This document shows positions 9,218 to 17,816 of a stretch of 64,000 nucleotides of DNA, piece by piece; position 1 is the first letter of the stretch; each line of letters starts with the position of its first letter. This DNA comes from Candidatus Aenigmatarchaeota archaeon. GTDB taxonomy: Archaea; Aenigmatarchaeota; Aenigmatarchaeia; QMZP01. Made by a program: the position numbers and the translations under genes. The notes below the pieces were generated by a model. The model did no database searches, was not told the origin of the DNA, and saw only the letters and a list, made by a program, of their open reading frames with translations. The DNA lies in the NCBI GenBank assembly GCA_043824495.1, contig JBDRSV010000005.1, forward strand, positions 1 to 64,000, written 5' to 3'.

Positions 9218-9481
9218 CTAGAGAATCAGTACGAGAAGTCCTGATAACGCGGCAATAATTTCGCACCAAAAGCCGACTATCAGGAATGAGATGGCGTCGC
9301 CTCTAATGACATACGCTGTAGAATAGTTCCTGATACAGACAGAACTCCGTGACTTTTTGTCTTCTCTTTTACCAAGAACCATGAAAACGAACCCGGCAAG
9401 CAAGAAGACTGCGATGCCGATCAATGCTACTATCTTCATTTCTTTCACCTCTCTTCGTTTCTCCCTTTCGTTCAAAACCAA
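9218..9481 (-). CDS. Small two-TM hypothetical protein (E2 cargo)
   Basis: 87 aa with two hydrophobic segments; the start codon is uncertain. Confidence 0.55.
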   Translation of the reverse strand: MVLNEREKRREVKEMKIVALIGIAVFLLAGFVFMVLGKREDKKSRSSVCIRNYSTAYVIRGDAISFLIVGFWCEIIAALSGLLVLIL

Positions 9482-9553
9482 AAGACGAGCGGATGTTTAT
9501 CAACATCATATGGCATGTTTCAAGTGCCTAGAAACTCGTCGTGTTCTTTTCTT

Positions 9554-10417
9554 CTAGCGTTTTAGGAAGACCCACTCCTTGTCGCCGACAATGATCTTGT
9601 CGTTGTGGCTTAAAATGACACTTCCATCACGATCCACAGGGATTCCGTTGACCGTGATACCCGAACTTCCATTCATATTCCTGAAAATCCATTCATCAGC
9701 ATCCCCATCCTTATTGACTCTCTTGAGGATTTGAGCATGGATTCCGCCGTCGTTGAGATCCCTGGTGTCACCAACTCCAATTTCCGAGCCCTTGATGTAG
9801 TAGTCGGTGCGGACGGTGAAGAAGTCATCGCCCTCCTGCATTAGCATCGGATTTATCATGAGGCCCTTGTCCACACGGTCTAGGAACAGCTTCAGATCCG
9901 TGACCAACAGATGACATTTGAGATGTTGTAACATGTCGTAGAGGTCCTCGATTTCTACCCGGCTCATTAAGAGTGTCACTACCCTGTAGATTTCGGAAAA
10001 TGTCACACTGTCCGATACCGCCATCTGAGAAACATCGTCGCGGCTGAGAGGTGTGGGTTCGGGCGTTATGAAAATTGTGTAGTCTCCGAATGAGAGGCAA
10101 GTCTCTTCGCCGCTCCGTACCCATATCCGATTCGAAATGATGTCGTGATTTCCGTTAATCCTCAGGTCAGGTATACAGTGGTCGATGGCTGCCAGACATG
10201 AGCCTGATGGGGTCACGAATATCTTGAACAACGGTGGTTCGATGGCGCTGTTATGATCGCCTCTGGCGGCTTCTTCATCGAGCTTGACATCTTGGTTATG
10301 GATCATTCCATTTCCGCAGCCAATCCAGAGGAACTGCCCCCGACAGAGAGTCCTTTTTTCAGGAACCACATTCTCTCTTTTAAATCCTTTTCGAAGTACT
10401 CCAATTGTAAATATCAT
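9554..10417 (-). CDS. FHA-like domain protein (probably two degenerate FHA-like domains)
   Basis: The C-terminal WIFRNMNGSSGITVNG...LSHNDKIIVGD pattern matches the FHA strand order; there is a similar N-terminal segment; SD GGGAGG. Confidence 0.6.
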   Translation of the reverse strand: MIFTIGVLRKGFKRENVVPEKRTLCRGQFLWIGCGNGMIHNQDVKLDEEAARGDHNSAIEPPLFKIFVTPSGSCLAAIDHCIPDLRINGNHDIISNRIWVRSGEETCLSFGDYTIFITPEPTPLSRDDVSQMAVSDSVTFSEIYRVVTLLMSRVEIEDLYDMLQHLKCHLLVTDLKLFLDRVDKGLMINPMLMQEGDDFFTVRTDYYIKGSEIGVGDTRDLNDGGIHAQILKRVNKDGDADEWIFRNMNGSSGITVNGIPVDRDGSVILSHNDKIIVGDKEWVFLKR

Positions 10418-10475
10418 CTTTACAATTCCTCCCTATGAGATCCCCGATCCGTCGCCGGGGATCTCTGCCATTTCG

Positions 10476-11438
10476 TTAATTTGTCGGGAAACACGTATTC
10501 ATTACTGTGTGAAGCCATCCTCCTCCATAGAGATAGTTTCCCACAAGAGTCAGGCCTCCGATGGCAGGCGGTGTAAGCTTTCTTCTCCACCTAGGATCAT
10601 CGGGGTCCAGAGAGTTCAAGTGGCTCTCTCTGATGGCGTTCATGAGAATTTCTGCGCGGCCAGGAATGAGAGCGAGCCTACTCACGTCGGGAAGATATCT
10701 CTTTCCCGGGCCCATATCGGAGAAAGGAATGTCGGTATCGGCGGAGACTACAAGGTCGTGTTTCCACAAGACCTTGTCGAAGACCACTCCGAGAATACGC
10801 ATGTTTCTGAGAGCATCTGTTATGTCAGTTTCGTCGTGGAGTTCGTGGAAGATATGATCCTGAACTGTTCCTTTAACTGTGTCCGAATCTACATTTCCAC
10901 CGATTCCCCAGCATGCACCAGGATACATTGGAGTTCCACTGCCCCGTCGAGTTAATACAAACCCGTCCGGGCATTTGAGCCATAGTACTGGTGCGAGAGG
11001 ACCTTGGGGTAAAGACATGTTCTCCCGGGTGAATAATTTGCGATACTCGGGTCGTTGCGTCGCCATGACCTCGGAGAACAACATCTTCTCGACATTGATG
11101 GTGGTCGAATTTAGTGGCCAGTTTGTCATCCGGTATTGGATACCGGGATACATAATCGGTGTCCAGGAATCGGTTGTGGTCTTTCTTCCCCAGAGTCCAT
11201 GATGGTGTTCTTCTTCAAAAGGACGGAAGTCCAGAAGAATTTCGCCCTCTGCAGTGAGCGCCTCAAACTTCGCCAGGACCATGCCGTTCCATATGCTGAT
11301 CTCGTAAGGCGTCGCCAATTTGGGATACCTTGTCACATGTTCCTGACTGCCGTCAAACTTCACTATTGATGCAAACGGGACACCTGGTGCCGGCACAGCC
11401 CACCATGTAGTTGTCTGTATTTTCTCGGGTAGTTTCAT
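10476..11438 (-). CDS. Divergent NUDIX-fold protein (E2 cargo)
   Basis: FVLTRRG..MYPG.CWGIGGNVD followed by the degenerate Nudix box HELHDETDI. Confidence 0.55.
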   Translation of the reverse strand: MKLPEKIQTTTWWAVPAPGVPFASIVKFDGSQEHVTRYPKLATPYEISIWNGMVLAKFEALTAEGEILLDFRPFEEEHHHGLWGRKTTTDSWTPIMYPGIQYRMTNWPLNSTTINVEKMLFSEVMATQRPEYRKLFTRENMSLPQGPLAPVLWLKCPDGFVLTRRGSGTPMYPGACWGIGGNVDSDTVKGTVQDHIFHELHDETDITDALRNMRILGVVFDKVLWKHDLVVSADTDIPFSDMGPGKRYLPDVSRLALIPGRAEILMNAIRESHLNSLDPDDPRWRRKLTPPAIGGLTLVGNYLYGGGWLHTVMNTCFPTN

Positions 11439-11461
11439 TCTCGATCTGCCTTTCTATGATT

Positions 11462-11731
11462 TCACTTCGCTGGCGTTTCGGATTGACTGCCACCGGGCTT
11501 AGGAGCGCCATTTGTTGCGATGCTCGCCGGCGATGGGAATGTTCCCTCATGTCCTCGTCTGAGAGCCGCGTCCAGAATTTCCAGGTGCTCTGACGATCTG
11601 TTTTTTGCGATCCATTCACGACATTGCGGGATCGCCGAAGCCTCGACCTGCGATAGAATGATGTTGATCAGTTCACTTGCAGGGAGAGCCCCCTTATCCA
11701 GGAACTCTTCGAATGTCAGTGTCTTCAGCAT
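11462..11731 (-). CDS. Small protein related to the C-terminal helical domain of the neighbouring FHA paralogs
   Basis: FEEFLDKG..L..I.SQV..C aligns by eye with FESLAKG..L..I.SQV..C of 12564..13133; same GGAGGGCAT(T/G)GCAATG start context. Confidence 0.6.
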   Translation of the reverse strand: MLKTLTFEEFLDKGALPASELINIILSQVEASAIPQCREWIAKNRSSEHLEILDAALRRGHEGTFPSPASIATNGAPKPGGSQSETPAK

Positions 11732-11766
11732 TGCAATGCCCTCCAGAAATGTGTGGGGTGGTCGGA

Positions 11767-12459
11767 CTAGTATTGGGCCGGAGTTTCTATTGTTAGAAGT
11801 GTGTTGTACATTTCATCTGGTAGCTTGACATACATCAGGTCCTGAACTCTTTCTCTTAGGAACCTGACCTTAGGAGTAAGGTCAGTTCCCTTGTCCGACC
11901 AGAAGTCGTCTGGATCGAGACAGTTTATTCCGTTATTGATGATGAATTTCATGGACCTGAAGAAAGCGTACCGGCTGTTATCTTCGATGAGATTTGCCAG
12001 GATGACTTCAGATTTCCAGTCATCTGCCGGAGACAGGACGGAAGTAGAATCCTGATTTTCGTATTGCCGGTTGAGTTTATAGCATGTTTCGCTGAGAGTC
12101 CAAATGCTTTTCTTGAACTTTTTGGCGGTTCCTCGAATAACCAGTTCCACAACCTTCAGTGTGGTCTTCGACCCTTCTGACATGCCTTGTGGCATGACGT
12201 CTTTGAATTCTTCTTCGAACTGGTTCTTGTAATATCCGAGGCATTTGCTGAGCTTCGTTCTTGAGCTGTCCGGAAGCAATTCCATCAGGTCGTCGAATGT
12301 TTCCAGTACCTCGTCGGTGCGAACATCAACGGTCTGGGCATATGCCTTTTCCGTACTCTGTTCCCATGCTGGATTCGGCTTGTCTCCGTCGCCACACGAG
12401 ATCATGGTCGCGAAGATGATCACGAACAAGACGACCGAGATAGTTCTCTTTGTTTTCAT
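11767..12459 (-). CDS. Hypothetical lipoprotein-like protein (E2 cargo)
   Basis: MKTKR, hydrophobic core and MISC lipobox-like Cys; SD GGAGG. Confidence 0.7.
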   Translation of the reverse strand: MKTKRTISVVLFVIIFATMISCGDGDKPNPAWEQSTEKAYAQTVDVRTDEVLETFDDLMELLPDSSRTKLSKCLGYYKNQFEEEFKDVMPQGMSEGSKTTLKVVELVIRGTAKKFKKSIWTLSETCYKLNRQYENQDSTSVLSPADDWKSEVILANLIEDNSRYAFFRSMKFIINNGINCLDPDDFWSDKGTDLTPKVRFLRERVQDLMYVKLPDEMYNTLLTIETPAQY

Positions 12460-12563
12460 GTTGCTAACCTCCGTAAACGTGATACAATTCAGTTAATTTC
12501 GGTTTCCGACTATCCGAGGTGCATCGGACTTGCACTCGGATTTCTGCATGGAACCGCCACGCG

Positions 12564-13133
12564 TCATTCAGGTCGGGATTTGGTGATCTCTTTCAGGATC
12601 AGTTCCGTCATTTTGACTTTCCTGGCATGGCTTCTGATTATGGCAACTCGCTCGTAGATCGGGATTATCTTCCGTGCAGTGTCAGGATGATACTTGCAGA
12701 GAAATCCGATGCAAGCAATAACATCATCCTGCAACACTTGTGAGAAAATCATGAGAGCGAGACGTTCTCCGGAAACTGATCCCTTTGCCAGAGATTCGAA
12801 CTCGTCCTTGTCGATGAGGGCACGGAACTCGAATTTCAGTTTCCCGGTTGTCACGACATCGCCGTTTAGTATTGTACAATCGGCCGAGCCGCATGGCTTG
12901 CCATTGATGAATGTCAAGTTTCCCGATGTTTCGTCGTGGATGCATAACTCGTCGTTGGTCAGTTTGATACTGAAATGTGTATCCTTGAGTCCGAATTTTC
13001 CACCTTCTGGTATCGACCATTCGGATTCTGTGGATGTCCCAAAACGTACCGATGTATCCGGAACTAGATGTAAAGTGGCCTTTCCTTCTTTCGCTCCGGA
13101 CCAGCGTACTTCTAGAAAGCTCCCCATTGCCAT
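12564..13133 (-). CDS. Degenerate FHA-domain protein (start revised to 13133)
   Basis: SD GGAGGGC precedes ATG GCA ATG at 13133, matching the paralog start MAMG; FHA pattern VRFG...THFSI...IHDE...TFING...GDVVTTG. Confidence 0.72.
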   Translation of the reverse strand: MAMGSFLEVRWSGAKEGKATLHLVPDTSVRFGTSTESEWSIPEGGKFGLKDTHFSIKLTNDELCIHDETSGNLTFINGKPCGSADCTILNGDVVTTGKLKFEFRALIDKDEFESLAKGSVSGERLALMIFSQVLQDDVIACIGFLCKYHPDTARKIIPIYERVAIIRSHARKVKMTELILKEITKSRPE

Positions 13134-13263
13134 GCCCTCCTTCGGTGGTATGTGTAGTGTTTCATTAACTTTTGTTTTAGTTTCCGGCGAACCCGTAACA
13201 TTGGAATTGCCCGGGTTTTCTACTGGAACCATCAGCGTCATTCAGGCCGGTTCATGTTACCGG

Positions 13264-13932
13264 TCAGTCAGATCCCAGAGTGGATAGATCGTCGTCACCT
13301 ATGTCTCTTGCTAACGCTCTCTCCGATTTAATTGGGGTCGGAGTACGATCCGCCGCTTTTTGGATAGCGAGATCTGTCTTATTGATAATGTCGGCACGCG
13401 TGATCGCGTTCCCTTCGTGTAAAATGGAGGATGCACGTTCTACGATTCGAATCATCCATTCCCGTGCAGCTTGTGGCCTCTTCTCACACAAGACATCAAG
13501 ACAACTGGGGAAGTCTTGTGTTCTCACTCTTGTGAGAAGTCTGAGAACCAGTTCTTCGTCACTGGCTCGGCTGGCTAACATGGCAGTGAATTCTTCCGTA
13601 TCGTAGAGAACATCGAACCAGATTCTGAGTTCTCCGATGCGAATCACGCTTATATTGTAGACGTACGTCCCACCGGACTGGACTTTTTCCTCATCCACGA
13701 AAGTGCCCGCGTTGGTTCCCAGATCATGGATCCTTAGACACTCGCCGTCATTGGCCATTGTGATCGAGAAGTGTCTGCCTTTGAAGTCTTCCTCATCAGC
13801 CGGAATCAGGAAATCGTCCCCTTCGGATTCCCCGAACACAAGTGTTTGATTCCGATCAATTGGAATCATGTTCTCGTCTGCTGATGATGTCCCCTCTGTC
13901 CATGTTACATTTAGATAACGTCCCATTGCCAT
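13264..13932 (-). CDS. Degenerate FHA-domain protein, paralog of 12564..13133
   Basis: LVFG...RHFSI...IHDLGTNAGTFVD...IRIG pattern; shares the MAMG start and the C-terminal helical domain. Confidence 0.78.
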   Translation of the reverse strand: MAMGRYLNVTWTEGTSSADENMIPIDRNQTLVFGESEGDDFLIPADEEDFKGRHFSITMANDGECLRIHDLGTNAGTFVDEEKVQSGGTYVYNISVIRIGELRIWFDVLYDTEEFTAMLASRASDEELVLRLLTRVRTQDFPSCLDVLCEKRPQAAREWMIRIVERASSILHEGNAITRADIINKTDLAIQKAADRTPTPIKSERALARDIGDDDLSTLGSD

Positions 13933-14007
13933 GTCCTCCTTCAGATAGATAGCTATATTTCAGTTGCCTTCGTTTCAGTGATTAGTTCTTCTATACTTTT
14001 CGAATGC

Positions 14008-14550
14008 CTAACCGAAAATTTTACGTGCCATTCCTCGAGCCTCGCGATTTGAGAGAATAGCTCCCAGTAAAGCAGTTGTCACACACGCCAAGAACGTTAA
14101 GACAATTGGATAATAGAGGCTCGTGTTCCATGCAAACATGGGATCACCTGAAGAACCTGATCCTACGAAGAGCCAGATGATCCAGAAAATCGCGATCCAT
14201 GTCAGCCAATTGATGTAGGCAATGTAGATACCCTCACCCAGAAGAAATCTGACATAGCCTTCTGGGATAGATGATTCCGACCAATCTCTTTTGAGCATAT
14301 GTCCTCTCAGTCTATAGAGACGGAATGTTGTGAGAGGTATCATCAGGCTGCAGAGTTCGATGTAAACTCGTGTCATTTGTAGTTGTCCTGATGTCTCTTG
14401 TTCTATCAAGAGATTGCCCAATAGTGCCGCGGGAATGACGATCACCCAGAAATGCCAGGTGAATCTATCTTTGTTCGAGCGATGTACTAATAGGAAAACC
14501 ATGGCCAGAACAAGAGAAAAGATTGAGATGAAGATTATGAAGTTGAACAT
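14008..14550 (-). CDS. Multi-pass membrane hypothetical protein (E2 cargo)
   Basis: About five hydrophobic segments in 180 aa. Confidence 0.7.
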   Translation of the reverse strand: MFNFIIFISIFSLVLAMVFLLVHRSNKDRFTWHFWVIVIPAALLGNLLIEQETSGQLQMTRVYIELCSLMIPLTTFRLYRLRGHMLKRDWSESSIPEGYVRFLLGEGIYIAYINWLTWIAIFWIIWLFVGSGSSGDPMFAWNTSLYYPIVLTFLACVTTALLGAILSNREARGMARKIFG

Positions 14551-14828
14551 TTTATATCTTCCTCGGATAGAGTTCTGTCGGTATACCTCAGACTATGTAA
14601 AACACCATACAGAAGTCATTTGATATGACTATTGTTCTGTGTGGTGTTGGTTCCTAGGTTACAATGCCAATATATCTGCAAGGAAATTTTCCTCAAAGAT
14701 GTCTAAAGTCAATTGGCGTGAAAGTGTGGAGCATGATATTTTGACTATTACTATTGGATAGTGAATATTTCATAGTAAACTTTATATTATTTAGCATTGA
14801 GAGTCGTAACAGTAAATATAGAAATTTA

Positions 14829-14884
14829 TAGAAATTACTTGATTTTCAATAGAATTTACTTGATTCTAAATAGAAATTACTTAG
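14829..14884. repeat. Imperfect 21-bp tandem repeat, about 2.6 copies
   Basis: TAGAAATTACTTGATTTTCAA, TAGAATTTACTTGATTCTAAA, TAGAAATTACTTAG. Confidence 0.75.
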
Positions 14885-14886
14885 AA

Positions 14887-15612
14887 TTATACAAATTCTT
14901 TCTGTGCCAGTTCATAGGCATCTGGCGTGCCTATATCAATCCACTTTCCATCTAGAATAAATCCGTATGTTGGTGTTTTCTGTCTTAACCAGTCTATAAA
15001 GAAACCCATTGTATCTTTATGGTTTCCTTCACTCAGATATTCTTCTATCAATTTTTTTGTGTTTTCAGGGAAGAAATAAACTGCAGCTGAAGCTAAAGTG
15101 CTTTTAGGATTTTCAGCTTTTTCAACAAAGTCTATTATTTTTTTATTGTCATCGAGTTGAACTGTTCCCATTTTCCTTGCTTCTACCATACTTACGTTGC
15201 TTAATCCAACAATTGGTGTTTGTTTCTCTTTGTAAAACATGAAAATTTCTTGGAGATTGTCTTGGAATATATTATCTCCACCAACAACCAAGAAATTACC
15301 ATCAACAGATTCTTGGTTCATAAAATACTTCAGAGCACCAATAGAACCTAATTTTTCTTCTTCTGTTGCAACTGGTTCTACAATAAGCTGGATATCCTTT
15401 GAATATTCAAACCCAGAGAGCCATTGTTCCATTATAGGACCAAATTTAGAGTTTGTAGAAACATATACTTTTTCTAGATCCAAATGCTCCAATTTCCTTA
15501 GAGTTCTCTCTAACAAAGTCTTATTGGCTACCTTGAGTAGTGGTTTGGGTGTATTTTCTGCTATTTTGCCCATTCTTTTTGCATGTCCACCAGCTAATAC
15601 CAAAGCTTTCAT
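14887..15612 (-). CDS. NDP-sugar pyrophosphorylase (nucleotidyltransferase)
   Basis: LAGGHAKRMG..TPKPLL signature, GGDN and WIDIGT. Confidence 0.9.
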   Translation of the reverse strand: MKALVLAGGHAKRMGKIAENTPKPLLKVANKTLLERTLRKLEHLDLEKVYVSTNSKFGPIMEQWLSGFEYSKDIQLIVEPVATEEEKLGSIGALKYFMNQESVDGNFLVVGGDNIFQDNLQEIFMFYKEKQTPIVGLSNVSMVEARKMGTVQLDDNKKIIDFVEKAENPKSTLASAAVYFFPENTKKLIEEYLSEGNHKDTMGFFIDWLRQKTPTYGFILDGKWIDIGTPDAYELAQKEFV

Positions 15613-15793
15613 ATTGGGTAATAATTGTATATGAACTAATTAATGTTTTGCGTAACTACCGCCAATCACGAGGGAGGGCAAACCTTTATATACCATAGAT
15701 TTAATTTATAAGATACCCATAAAACGATCGCAGTGAGACGGCTATATAATCTAGCATCTAGCTTGTTTAGTGATCATGTACGGAGGTAATCGT

Positions 15794-16027
15794 ATGGCAG
15801 ACGTAGATTTCAAAACTGTAAAAGCTGAAGAAATTAAATTCGGTAAGAACAACTTCCTTGAAGTTGCAAGGAAAAAGGCTGTTACCGAAGAGGGTGAGAC
15901 TGAATTCATTGCAATATCAAGAGGATTTTTCTCACCAGATGGATCCAAAAGATTCAAGAAGTCAATTGCACTTCCTGATGAAAAGGAAATCCGCGATTTC
16001 GTATCCAAAAAAATATTAGAACTGTAA
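15794..16027 (+). CDS. Small conserved archaeal protein, possibly a PC4-like nucleic-acid-binding fold
   Basis: SD GGAGGT before ATG at 15794; beta-rich pattern FLEVARK..FIAISRGFF..RFKKSIAL followed by a helix. The fold assignment is inference. Confidence 0.55.
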   Translation: MADVDFKTVKAEEIKFGKNNFLEVARKKAVTEEGETEFIAISRGFFSPDGSKRFKKSIALPDEKEIRDFVSKKILEL

Positions 16028-16166
16028 AAACAACAAAATTGGTTAATACAAGAGATGATGAAGAACACGCTGCGAAGCTGACTTAGTCTCTGTTTTTCTT
16101 ATTATTTTTCCTGTATCACATGTAGCTATTTATTGCAGTGTTCATAAGAATTAACATAGTGATTTT

Positions 16167-17816
16167 ATGAAGGATCTGATAATGAAATATGTATTGCAGA
16201 ATGCAATTTTTTATGAAGGTAAAGCTAATCCAAATGCTATTCTGGGTAAAATTCTAGGATCAGAACCTGCTCTACGAAAGAATCCAGATAAAGTGAGAAA
16301 AGAAATCGAAGAAGTTGCTAAAAAAGTAAATAGTATGGATTTAGCTAAACAAAAAGAAGAATTGAAAAAAATCGATCCCGAAATGCTTGTTAAAGAGGAG
16401 AAAGAGCAAGAAGAGCTGCCACCTCTGAAAGGAGCTGTGGAAGGTAAAGTTGTAACAAGATTTGCTCCTTCACCTACTGGTCCTTTGATGATTTATCATT
16501 TACTAAGAGCAGTTTATTTGAATTATTTGTATGCACAGAAGTATAACGGAAAATTTATTGTTAGAATTGAAGATACAGACCCTGGTAATATCAAAAGAGA
16601 ATTCTATGAGTGGATAAAAGAAGATTTGAAAAACTCTGGTGTTAAATGGGACGAATTGTTTCACCAATCCGATCACATGGATTTGTACTACAAAAATGCA
16701 GAGAAATTGATACAAAAGAATGATGTATATGCTTGCTTCTGTAATCCTGACCAATTCAAGAAACTCAAGAATAAAAAAATGAATTGTCCTTGTAGAGATG
16801 AAGGTAAAACAAAATTCCATTGGGATAAAGCTGTTAGAGGTGATTATGCAGAAGGAGAAATGATTTTTAGATTGAAAACTTCTATGCAAGATCCTAACCC
16901 AGCTATAAGAGATCCTGCATTATTCAGAATAAATAAAAAACATCATCCCTTTAAAACAATAAAATACAAACTATGGCCTCTGTACAATTTTGCTAATACA
17001 ATTGATGATCACGAGATGGGTGTTACTCATGTATTCAGAGGAAAAGAACATGAACATAACACGACAATACAGAAGATGATTTATGAGAAACTAGGCTGGA
17101 AAATGCCTTTTGTGATTAATTTTGGTATGATATATCTTCCAGGAGTCAAGTTGCATACTAGAGATATCAAGCAAATGATTGCAGAAGAAAAGTTCACCGG
17201 ATGGGATGATGTGAGATTACCAACAATCAGATCCATTATTAGACGAGGATTTCAACCAGAAGCTATTAGAGAGCTAGCGATTTCAAGCGGTTTAACAAAA
17301 ACAGATATAAACGTGAGCTGGGAGAAGTTCGAAACTCTTAATAGAAAAATAATAGATAAAAAAGCTAACAGATACATGGTTGTAAAATCTCCGGTTAGAT
17401 TAGTAATCAAAGATGCTCCTTCTATGAATCAGGTGAGAGAAAAGATACACCCAGAATCTGAGAAGACTAGGATCATTCCAGTTAATCTGAAAGAGATATA
17501 CATAGAGAAAGAAGATTACATAAGACTAAAGGATAGAGATTTCAGATTGAAAGGTTTGGGTAATATCAGAGTCACAGGTAAAACTGGACGGTATTTAGGT
17601 AACGAGATCTACAAAGACATGCATAAGATACAGTGGGTATCTAAACCTCATGCAGAGGTTATTATTCTAAAGGGTGACGATGTCATTCATGGTATTGGTG
17701 AACCTGGGTTAAAGAAACTACACCCAGGTCAAATAATCCAGATGGAGAGAATTGGTTTTGGTAAGGTAGATGCAAGAACAGATAATGAGATTGTCATCAT
17801 CTTTGCTCATAGGTAA
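16167..17816 (+). CDS. gltX: Glutamyl-tRNA synthetase (archaeal type, probably non-discriminating)
   Basis: VVTRFAPSPTGPL, RIEDTDP, DDHEMGVTHVFRGKEH, GWDDVRLPT and Q(M)ERIGF; gatD and gatE are present in the window. Confidence 0.95.
   Translation: MKDLIMKYVLQNAIFYEGKANPNAILGKILGSEPALRKNPDKVRKEIEEVAKKVNSMDLAKQKEELKKIDPEMLVKEEKEQEELPPLKGAVEGKVVTRFAPSPTGPLMIYHLLRAVYLNYLYAQKYNGKFIVRIEDTDPGNIKREFYEWIKEDLKNSGVKWDELFHQSDHMDLYYKNAEKLIQKNDVYACFCNPDQFKKLKNKKMNCPCRDEGKTKFHWDKAVRGDYAEGEMIFRLKTSMQDPNPAIRDPALFRINKKHHPFKTIKYKLWPLYNFANTIDDHEMGVTHVFRGKEHEHNTTIQKMIYEKLGWKMPFVINFGMIYLPGVKLHTRDIKQMIAEEKFTGWDDVRLPTIRSIIRRGFQPEAIRELAISSGLTKTDINVSWEKFETLNRKIIDKKANRYMVVKSPVRLVIKDAPSMNQVREKIHPESEKTRIIPVNLKEIYIEKEDYIRLKDRDFRLKGLGNIRVTGKTGRYLGNEIYKDMHKIQWVSKPHAEVIILKGDDVIHGIGEPGLKKLHPGQIIQMERIGFGKVDARTDNEIVIIFAHR

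Larger units (their letters stand above)
9076..14736 (-). mobile_element. Cassette-like element E2 (eight co-oriented cargo genes)
   Basis: On the minus strand: left box TCATGCTCCACACTT (14736-14722), CTTTAGACATCT (14708-14697), TGTAACCTAGGAACCAACAC (14663-14644); right motif at 9100-9076; visibly GC-richer than its flanks. Confidence 0.72.
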
